Below are positions 1 through 6,687 of a stretch of DNA of 12,509 nt, in pieces. Source of the stretch: Bacteriovoracaceae bacterium (GTDB lineage Bacteria > Bdellovibrionota > Bacteriovoracia > Bacteriovoracales > Bacteriovoracaceae); contig JBMYPC010000092.1 of NCBI GenBank assembly GCA_049599895.1, forward strand, positions 1-12,509, given 5' to 3'. The notes beneath the pieces are model-generated. The model did no database searches, had not been told where the DNA came from, and saw only the letters and a list, made by a program, of their open reading frames with translations. The position numbers and the translations under genes are program-made. Within the stretch, counting starts at the first letter, position 1. Each line of letters begins with the position of its first letter.

Positions 1-200
1 TCACAAGAGGCTTCACCGAAAGATAAAGTCATTTCAAAACCTTTACCAATCGCTTTGATCTCTTTTTTTGAGTCATCAAAGTTTACGTCAGCTTTAACGT
101 TATATTTTGCCACATACTCAGGAGTCACTTCAGCCTTTGCTTTTGTGTACGCATCTTCTGAATTATCAGTATGACTATAGTTAACGACTTTATCTGCCAT
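1..200 (-). CDS. Small conserved-looking protein, 3'-truncated by the window edge; tentatively similar to the PHA_gran_rgn (putative polyhydroxyalkanoate system protein) family
   Basis: Not in the ORF track; translated by hand. ATG at 200-198 is preceded by TAAGGAGATAATC (good SD). The frame is open to the window edge: MADKVVNYSHTDNSEDAYTKAKAEVTPEYVAKYNVKADVNFDDSKKEIKAIGKGFEMTLSFGEASC... It starts 17 bp after the dut stop. The CDS call is firm; the family resemblance is from memory only and weak. Confidence 0.75.
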   Translation of the reverse strand, partial: MADKVVNYSHTDNSEDAYTKAKAEVTPEYVAKYNVKADVNFDDSKKEIKAIGKGFEMTLSFGEASC

Positions 201-217
201 GATTATCTCCTTAAATA

Positions 218-676
218 TTATTTAACACCTGTTGAGCCAAAGCCTCCAGCACCTCTTTCTGTACTTGAGAGAACTTCTGTCACTTCAAAACTGGCCTGTG
301 TAATGGGAGCAAAAACCATTTGAGCAATTCTTTCGCCGTGGTTGATTACAAGATCTTCTTCGCCAAAGTTTCCTAAAATAATCTTCACTTCGCCTCTATA
401 ATCCGCATCGATGGTTCCGGGACTATTGACCACAAGTAATGATGTTTTTAATGACAGCCCAGATCTTGGTCTGATCTGAACTTCAAAACCAGTAGGAATT
501 TCAAAAGCCAATCCCGTTGGAACAAGCACACGCTCACCTTTTTTTATGACAAGCGTGTCTTTATTCTCAAGAGAGGCCCTTAGGTCGGCCCCTGCAGCCA
601 ATGATGTTTCATAAGCTGGAAGAGGAAAACTTTCATCAAAGTGATCAAGCTTTTTAATTTTAATCGTTTGATTCAT
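218..676 (-). CDS. dut: dUTP diphosphatase (trimeric dUTPase)
   Basis: All five dUTPase motifs are present: [45 protein letters not shown] lies upstream of the ATG. Confidence 0.98.
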   Translation of the reverse strand: MNQTIKIKKLDHFDESFPLPAYETSLAAGADLRASLENKDTLVIKKGERVLVPTGLAFEIPTGFEVQIRPRSGLSLKTSLLVVNSPGTIDADYRGEVKIILGNFGEEDLVINHGERIAQMVFAPITQASFEVTEVLSSTERGAGGFGSTGVK

Positions 677-701
677 TTCCCTCTCCTTAACACTTAATAA
701 A

Positions 702-2831
702 TTAAGCTTCTTTTTTAGTTAACGACTGAACGGCTTTTGCTGAAAGCTTAAATCTTCCCATTCGATCAACTTCAAGAACTTGAATCTTAATTTTGTCACC
801 TTCTGAGACATATTCGTTTGGATCAGAAACTCTTTCATCAGCAAATTCACTGATGTGAACGAGCCCTGAAACTCCTGGGATAATGTCAACGAAAGCACCG
901 TATTCTTTAATTGTCACAACAGTCGCTTCGTATTCTGCTCCAATCTCTGGACCATTGACTGTCAATAAGCTGTAAGCAATACAAGCATCAACTTGTTCTT
1001 TGTTGTCACCAAGAACTTTAACTGTTCCGTCATCTTCAATTTCAAGAGTCACGCCAAAGTCTTCTTGAATCTTTTTTATGATTTTTCCACCTGGCCCAAT
1101 AATGGCACCAATTTGATCTTGCTCTAGCTTGAATGAAGTCATTCTTGGAACATGATCTTTGTAATCATCTCTATGAGCTGTAATCGCCTTTTCCATCTCT
1201 GAAAGAATATGGAGTCTTCCAACATGGGCCTGCTCAATCGCTTTGGTCATAATTTCATTGGTAATACCAGTGATTTTAATATCCATTTGAATTGCAGTAA
1301 TACCTGTTTTCGTACCTGCAACTTTAAAGTCCATATCACCAAGATGATCTTCATCACCAAGGATATCACTTAAGATTGTAAATTTATCACCTTCAGAGAT
1401 AAGTCCCATTGCAATCCCAGCAACAGGCTCTTTGATAGGAACACCAGCATCCATTAAGGCCATTGAACCAGAACAAACTGATCCCATTGAACTTGAACCA
1501 TTAGATTCAAGAACCTCACAAACAACTCTTGTTGTGTAAGGATAACCATCATCTGGACCAGGAACAACTGGCTTAATGGCTCTTTCAGCTAAGTTTCCGT
1601 GCCCTTGTTCTCTTCTTCCTACACCACGGACTCCTCTGGCCTCACCAACAGAGTATGGAGGGAAATTATAATGAAGGTAAAACTTATCAAAGTTTGTCCC
1701 CACAATACGGTCACTCATCTGCTCACCTTGGTTTCCACCAAGAGTCACAGTAGAAAGAACTTGAGTTTCTCCTCTTGTAAAAAGAGATGAACCGTGTGGA
1801 GTCTCTAAGATATTTGTTTCAACTTCGATTTCACGAACTTCATCAAGCTTTCTTCCACCAATTCTTTTTTCTTCTAAAAGGATGTCATTTCTCATCACTT
1901 CATAAAGAACTTCTTCTATAGCTTTTCCGATTTCTTTTTTGATCGCATCGTCTTCACGAAGAGCAAAGTCAGCTGGTGCAGCTTCAGCAGCGGCAATAAT
2001 TTTCTTTTTAAGCTCGCGGATACTTCCACCTCTTTCCATTTTATCTGTGACTTCAAGACACTTTCTCACATCACCATTGTAAAGTTCTTTTACTTTATTG
2101 ATGCAAGCTTCATTGGCCTCAGCTGATTGAAAAGGTCTTTTCGCTTTACCGTGTTTTGCTTGGATATCTTTTACGAAATTACAGTATTCACGAATATTAT
2201 CGTGAGCAAAGTTAATCGCTTCTAGAATTTCAGCTTCAGGAACGATATTGGCTTCACCCTCAACCATAAGAATTGCATCCTGGCTTGCGGCAACAGCAAT
2301 TTCAAAATCAGAGTTTTCCCATTGATCGTGATCTGGGTTGATCACCATTTTTCCATCAATTCTTGCCACTTTACATGTCCCAATTGGACCTTCAAAAGGA
2401 ATGTCTGAAAGACAAAGGGCTGCTGAAGCACCAAGTCCAGCAAGAATCTCAGGGTCACCTTTACCTGTGTAAGACATCACTGTACAAGAAACGACAGTGT
2501 CAAACATATACCCTTCAGGAAATAGAGGCCTTAATGGTCTATCAATTAAACGAGCATTAAGAGTTTCTTTAACACTTGGACGACCTTCACGCTTTAAAAA
2601 TCCACCTAGGAACTTCCCAGCTGAATAGAACTTTTCAGTGTATTCAACAAGAAGTGGGAAAAAGTCTTGTCCGTCTTTGACTTCTCGAGCACTACAGACA
2701 GTGACAAGAACCTGAGTTCCTTCACTTGATACAAGAACTGAACCATCAGCTTGTTTAGCAAGCCTTCCGGTTTCAACTGTTACTTCTTTACCCCCATAAT
2801 TAAGGGTGTAAACATGTTTATTATTTAACAT
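702..2831 (-). CDS. pnp: Polyribonucleotide nucleotidyltransferase (PNPase), 709 aa
   Basis: Motifs [50 protein letters not shown], a KH domain (IIGPGGKII) and a C-terminal S1 domain (YGAFVDI..GLVHISE). Start moved from the TTG at 2858 to the ATG at 2831, which has AGGAG 5 nt upstream. Canonical position downstream of rpsO. Confidence 0.98.
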   Translation of the reverse strand: MLNNKHVYTLNYGGKEVTVETGRLAKQADGSVLVSSEGTQVLVTVCSAREVKDGQDFFPLLVEYTEKFYSAGKFLGGFLKREGRPSVKETLNARLIDRPLRPLFPEGYMFDTVVSCTVMSYTGKGDPEILAGLGASAALCLSDIPFEGPIGTCKVARIDGKMVINPDHDQWENSDFEIAVAASQDAILMVEGEANIVPEAEILEAINFAHDNIREYCNFVKDIQAKHGKAKRPFQSAEANEACINKVKELYNGDVRKCLEVTDKMERGGSIRELKKKIIAAAEAAPADFALREDDAIKKEIGKAIEEVLYEVMRNDILLEEKRIGGRKLDEVREIEVETNILETPHGSSLFTRGETQVLSTVTLGGNQGEQMSDRIVGTNFDKFYLHYNFPPYSVGEARGVRGVGRREQGHGNLAERAIKPVVPGPDDGYPYTTRVVCEVLESNGSSSMGSVCSGSMALMDAGVPIKEPVAGIAMGLISEGDKFTILSDILGDEDHLGDMDFKVAGTKTGITAIQMDIKITGITNEIMTKAIEQAHVGRLHILSEMEKAITAHRDDYKDHVPRMTSFKLEQDQIGAIIGPGGKIIKKIQEDFGVTLEIEDDGTVKVLGDNKEQVDACIAYSLLTVNGPEIGAEYEATVVTIKEYGAFVDIIPGVSGLVHISEFADERVSDPNEYVSEGDKIKIQVLEVDRMGRFKLSAKAVQSLTKKEA

Positions 2832-2890
2832 ACATACTCCTGTCCCAAACTGATTCAATCAGTATTGGATCAAATTAAATTTGAAGAAAT

Positions 2891-2984
2891 TGTTGGGAAG
2901 AAGTTTTGAATAATAAGGACAATTCAGATTCAAAATTTTAGATTTTAAACCTCAATAATCCCACTATTCACTTCAATTCCAACA
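2891..2984 (-). promoter_or_regulatory. Long imperfect hairpin in the pnp 5' leader (candidate RNase III processing / autoregulation structure)
   Basis: Pairing on the mRNA strand: UGUUGG/CCAACA, GAAG/CUUC, UGAAUAGU/AUUAUUCA, GGGAU/GUCCU, AGGUUUAAAAU/AUUUUGAAUCU. Several G-U pairs work only on the minus strand. Confidence 0.65.
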
Positions 2985-3007
2985 GCCTCCACAAATGGTC
3001 AATATAC

Positions 3008-3035
3008 AAAAAAAGAGGGCCTAGTAGACCCTCTT
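3008..3035 (-). terminator. Rho-independent terminator downstream of rpsO
   Basis: Minus strand reads AAGAGGGTC-TACTA-GGCCCTC-TTTTTTT: a GC-rich stem with one G-U pair and a 7-U tract, about 60 nt after the rpsO stop. Confidence 0.88.
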
Positions 3036-3096
3036 AAATTTTTTATAATCTTAACTAAATCTCAACCTATGTGACTAGTAAAACTAAGCTTTTTGA

Positions 3097-3375
3097 TTAC
3101 TTTCTTAAACCTAGTTTTTTGATAAGGCTTTGATATTTTTCTGGCTCAGTTCTTTGAAGATACTTTGAAAGGTGTCTTCTTTGACCAATCATCTTAAGAA
3201 GACCTCTGTTTGAGCTATAGTCATGAATATTCTTCTCGAAGTGAGGTCTAAGATTATTGATTCGAGTTGTTAAAATAGCAATTTGAACAGCAGCACATCC
3301 ACTGTCTTTTTCACCTTTTCCAAACTCTGTTCCGTACTCTTTAATTAGTGTTGATTTTGCTTCTTTTGTGATCAT
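3097..3375 (-). CDS. rpsO: 30S ribosomal protein S15
   Basis: DSG..VQIAILT.RI..L..HF, RGLLKMIGQRR.L..YL and LIKKLGLRK match S15. SD TAAGGAG. Directly upstream of pnp. Confidence 0.98.
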   Translation of the reverse strand: MITKEAKSTLIKEYGTEFGKGEKDSGCAAVQIAILTTRINNLRPHFEKNIHDYSSNRGLLKMIGQRRHLSKYLQRTEPEKYQSLIKKLGLRK

Positions 3376-3392
3376 TTTGATGACTCCTTATT

Positions 3393-3431
3393 CCAACTCT
3401 CAAGCTCGTTTTGAACCTAAGTGAAGGTTGG
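3393..3431 (-). promoter_or_regulatory. Hairpin in the rpsO 5' leader; candidate S15-binding autoregulatory RNA
   Basis: mRNA strand: CCAAC-CUUCA-CUUAGGUUC-AAAAC-GAGCUUGAG-A-GUUGG. Outer 5-bp stem plus an inner 9-bp stem with three G-U pairs, ending 4 nt before the AGGAG SD (3388-3384). Confidence 0.6.
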
Positions 3432-3454
3432 CGTTTAAAAATTAGTAAATGCTT

Positions 3455-4456
3455 TTATCTTAGATACTTAGACATGTAAAGTTTTAAGTTTTTCATAATC
3501 TTTAACTCAACTTGTCGTATTCGTTCTCGGCTTACACCATATTTATCAGCAATGGCCTGAAGCGACAGAGGGGCTTCACTAAGAAGCCTTTCTTTAAAGA
3601 TAAACTTGTCTCTATCAGGGAGTTCTTTAACAAAATCATTGAGGTTATCCTCAAGAATTTCAAGACTTTGCATATGCTCGACTTCATCTTCTGGCCCGAT
3701 AGATGAATCTTTGAGCATATCTCCAAGAGTTGAATTTGAGTCATGAGGACGAAGCGGAGTGTCAATGCTGACATCGCCACTAGTGGGTGAAAGCCTCTTT
3801 TCCATGGTCACCACGGCTTTTTCACTGACACCCAGGTTTTCAGAAAGAACCTTTTGAGTCGGCTCAATCCCCATCTGTACCAAACGCTCTTTTTCTTTCA
3901 AAAGATTATAAAAGAGTTTCTTTTGCTCATTGGTCGTGCCAATTTTCACCAGTCGAAAGTTATCGAGGATAAACTTTAAGATATAGGATCGAATCCACCA
4001 GCTAGCGTAATAACTAAGTTTTGCTCCTTTGCTGCTATCATATTTTGACACGGCCTTCATAAGACCGATATTCCCCTCTTGAATAAGGTCCATCACATTT
4101 TGATAGGCCCTGCGATATTCCATAGCAATTTTTACAACTAATCTTAAATTGTGAACCACTAACTTTTTTGCAACATCAATATCACCGGATTCTTCAAGGG
4201 ATTTAACAAGCTCCTTTTCCTCCTCCTGAGAGAGAAGCTCATAGCGGCTTATTTCTTTCATATAAGCTGAAAGAGGATCTTGGGCCCTACCAAGGTCTGA
4301 ACTTGGGAGGTTTCCAGGAGAGTCAAGGTTTATAGGGAGTTTGAGGTCCTCTGAGGCCGTTACTTTGTCTTCATCTTTTTTTAAAGATTCAACTTCAATG
4401 ACATCAGGGTTAACAACCTTAACCTGATCCTTTTCCTTATGGTTTTGATCACTCAT
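3455..4456 (-). CDS. rpoH: RNA polymerase sigma factor, RpoH/sigma-32 family
   Basis: Region 1.2 DPLSAYMKEISRYELLS, region 2 NLRLVVKIA / DLIQEGNIGLMKAV / YASWWIRSYI, RpoH-box-like VKIGTTNEQKKLFYNL, region 4 LQAIADKYGVSRERIRQVE. At 333 aa it lacks the large N-terminal region of RpoD. Confidence 0.88.
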   Translation of the reverse strand: MSDQNHKEKDQVKVVNPDVIEVESLKKDEDKVTASEDLKLPINLDSPGNLPSSDLGRAQDPLSAYMKEISRYELLSQEEEKELVKSLEESGDIDVAKKLVVHNLRLVVKIAMEYRRAYQNVMDLIQEGNIGLMKAVSKYDSSKGAKLSYYASWWIRSYILKFILDNFRLVKIGTTNEQKKLFYNLLKEKERLVQMGIEPTQKVLSENLGVSEKAVVTMEKRLSPTSGDVSIDTPLRPHDSNSTLGDMLKDSSIGPEDEVEHMQSLEILEDNLNDFVKELPDRDKFIFKERLLSEAPLSLQAIADKYGVSRERIRQVELKIMKNLKLYMSKYLR

Positions 4457-4462
4457 GAAGGC

Positions 4463-4492
4463 TTTATATAGTAATTACAAACTCCATGACAA
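4463..4492 (-). promoter_or_regulatory. Putative sigma-70-type promoter of rpoH
   Basis: Minus strand TTGTCA (4492-4487)-N18-TATAAA (4468-4463)-N6-ATG. Both hexamers match consensus 5/6, but the -10 lacks the important final T. Confidence 0.35.
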
Positions 4493-4543
4493 GCTTACGA
4501 CAAAAAGCTATGAGACCAAAAGAAATACGAAATAGGGATATTT

Positions 4544-4921
4544 ATGAAAACCATCCTAGGGCTTCTTGTTTTATTAATTTCAGCAAATATTCAGGCCAAT
4601 ATTTTACCTATTGGTCAAAAAGTGCATTGTGCTTTTAGCGATGAACCTGATGGCTTTGTTATAAAGAGACTCTCCGATCATCTTTTTCAAGTACACTCAG
4701 GAGGTGCTGAAACAGATTATTATCGAATTACTTTTGCTAAAGGAAACCAAGTTGAAATGGTTCGAACGATCCAAGGGGGCCTTGACCAAACCTCTGAAAA
4801 AGTCAAAGAAGACCAATGGTTAACCCTTATTCAAAAACCAGATAATAGTTTTCAGCTAAATTCTAAGATTCAAAAGAAAAAAAGTCGTCTTGCGAGACCT
4901 TGTAAGCTTCTTAAAGAATAA
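4544..4921 (+). CDS. Hypothetical small secreted protein
   Basis: Sec signal peptide MKTILGLLVLLISANIQA|N, SD-like AGGGA upstream, beta-rich-looking mature part with two Cys. Fills the gap between flanking genes. Confidence 0.8.
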   Translation: MKTILGLLVLLISANIQANILPIGQKVHCAFSDEPDGFVIKRLSDHLFQVHSGGAETDYYRITFAKGNQVEMVRTIQGGLDQTSEKVKEDQWLTLIQKPDNSFQLNSKIQKKKSRLARPCKLLKE

Positions 4922-4934
4922 TTTTCACTGTTTT

Positions 4935-6593
4935 TTATTGCTCGATGCTTGAACTCACCGCTCGGTAACGATCATTCATGTACTTCAATGCAAACGGTGC
5001 GTAGTTGAAAGTGATAGGGACTTGAATAAACTGATTGTCACCATTTCGATATGGACTTTTGGGATAAAGAGAGATTTGGTTCACAAGCTCTTTAGCAATG
5101 AGCTTTGAGATTTGATCCCGCCATGGAGTAAAGGCCAATTTGTCTTGGGCCTTAAGAACTTGATCTTCAATCGCTTTTTCGATTCGATTAACAGAAGATT
5201 CATTTTTTCCCATAGGATAGGGATTGGGTTTTTCTAAGAGCTTTTGAACATGATTAATAACTGCCTTTGAAAGCTTTATATTAAACGTTGTTGAGAGTTT
5301 TCCTAATCGCTGGTGTTCTCGATCAAACTCTCCAAGATTAACATCAATCTCTACAGAAAAGTTTCGACGATGTGGCTTAAAATAAAGCTTTCGATCAACG
5401 ACCTCTACTCTTAAGGCCTCTTCATAATGGATATTCTCTTCACCTTTTTCTTTAATATCTCGTGCCCATCTCCCCCAGCTATGATCAAGACCAAGTCTTG
5501 CTAGCTTAATATAATCAGAGAAACTCTCGACTCTGAAAGCAAATTCAGGAACCCCAGTTAGTAAGGCCGTCATTTGACCAACCATTAAATTCTCTACATC
5601 AAAGCTTTGCTCTCTCATCCATTTTTGAATTTGTTCGAGCTCTCCTTTAGTTTCATAGCTAATATCGCGAAATGATCCACAATAAACTCTCTTAAGATCA
5701 TTCTCATAAGAGACAAAACCAACACCCTTTAAAGCGTTTTCAAATTCACTACGTTCAGTGATTTCACGACAGATTAGACCATTACAAAAGACTTTTGTGG
5801 TTTTTTGATTTCTTTTCAAAAGGATTTGATTGCTCACTTTGTCCCAGTCAAGGGCCTGACCACTGAGCTCTCGAATGAGATAAGAAAAAATCACGGGATT
5901 TTTTAAAAGTGGCACCATGAGACGGTATTGCCCAAGGTTTGTTCCCCAACTACAAAAACTACGAAAAAGAAGAATTGTGGTTTTTAGCTCGTTTTCCAAA
6001 ACTTCAATTTTAGGTTTATACTGGTCAAGTTTTGATGAAAAAAGTGGATGCCCATCCAAGCTTGGAAGAACGTCAAAACTTTCATCGTAATAGCCAAACA
6101 TTAACTTCTTTAATTTCTCAAGAGAGATCACACTGGTGTTCAATGAACAATAATTTCCCCAAATATTGGTCACTAGATTTTCATATTGATCTTTGGAATA
6201 ACCAAGGGCCTTACTGTATTCACTTATGGCCTTAGACGTTTTGAGAAGACCTATTTTCTGTAAAGTTGCTGCGACAGAAAGGTTCACTTGTTCTTTTTGC
6301 CAAACCTCTTCTTTAAGTCTTGTAAAGTTCTCAGAACAGAACTTTTCAAGGTTTTTTCCTTCCTCATAAAAGCCTCTGTAATTAGCAAGGTGCTTTTTGT
6401 GCTTAAGCTGGGTATTCACATCAAAGTCTCGTGAGATTTTGAAAAGATGATCAAGGGGATCGCTAAAACTCAACTGCACATCACTTAAATAGTCTTCGAG
6501 AGTGATATTTTCGATGGGAATAATCGCATTTGCTGAATTTGACAGCAAAAACAATGGAAATATCAATAAAAGGGCTCTTAAAGAAGTGCTCAT
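4935..6593 (-). CDS. Hypothetical exported protein (552 aa, six Cys)
   Basis: Long ORF with signal peptide MSTSLRALLLIFPLFLLSNSANA|II. No family motif recognised. Confidence 0.85.
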   Translation of the reverse strand: MSTSLRALLLIFPLFLLSNSANAIIPIENITLEDYLSDVQLSFSDPLDHLFKISRDFDVNTQLKHKKHLANYRGFYEEGKNLEKFCSENFTRLKEEVWQKEQVNLSVAATLQKIGLLKTSKAISEYSKALGYSKDQYENLVTNIWGNYCSLNTSVISLEKLKKLMFGYYDESFDVLPSLDGHPLFSSKLDQYKPKIEVLENELKTTILLFRSFCSWGTNLGQYRLMVPLLKNPVIFSYLIRELSGQALDWDKVSNQILLKRNQKTTKVFCNGLICREITERSEFENALKGVGFVSYENDLKRVYCGSFRDISYETKGELEQIQKWMREQSFDVENLMVGQMTALLTGVPEFAFRVESFSDYIKLARLGLDHSWGRWARDIKEKGEENIHYEEALRVEVVDRKLYFKPHRRNFSVEIDVNLGEFDREHQRLGKLSTTFNIKLSKAVINHVQKLLEKPNPYPMGKNESSVNRIEKAIEDQVLKAQDKLAFTPWRDQISKLIAKELVNQISLYPKSPYRNGDNQFIQVPITFNYAPFALKYMNDRYRAVSSSIEQ

Positions 6594-6630
6594 AACCGAG
6601 TCTTTAACTCCATTTAGTAAATATCTTCTA

Positions 6631-6664
6631 TAAGGTCTGTCGGCTAAATTGCCGATAATCTTAA
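6631..6664. promoter_or_regulatory. Overlapping divergent sigma-28 (FliA)-like promoters
   Basis: Plus strand: TAAGG (6631-6635)-N15-GCCGATAA (6651-6658), a perfect sigma-28 -10 box. Minus strand: TTAAG (6664-6660)-N15-GCCGACAG (6644-6637). Each points to one of the two divergent genes. Confidence 0.65.
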
Positions 6665-6687
6665 AAAGAAAGCGTTCATTGGAATTT

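Noticed and set aside
1599..2560. Short + strand ORFs 1599..1790 and 2363..2560
   Set aside because: Antisense shadows of pnp with no recognisable motifs.
2832..2858. ORF-track TTG start for pnp
   Set aside because: The ATG at 2831 has a properly spaced AGGAG and gives a typical PNPase N-terminus.
2974..3002. TTGACC on the minus strand as a possible pnp -35 box
   Set aside because: No acceptable -10 hexamer at 16-18 bp spacing.
3044..3049. Perfect TATAAT on + strand (possible antisense promoter toward rpsO)
   Set aside because: No matching -35 or extended -10, and the context is AT-rich.
3512..3780. ORFs 3512..3706 (+) and 3532..3780 (-)
   Set aside because: Entirely inside rpoH, antisense or in an alternative frame; no supporting signals.
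6590..6613. Minus-strand mini-ORF MELKTRL* whose TGA overlaps the ATG of the 552-aa gene
   Set aside because: Only 7 codons, no SD of its own, and easily arises by chance; would need ribosome profiling.
6649..6687. ORF-track TTG start for the TPR gene
   Set aside because: It overlaps the putative sigma-28 -10 box; the ATG at 6688 gives a normal signal peptide.
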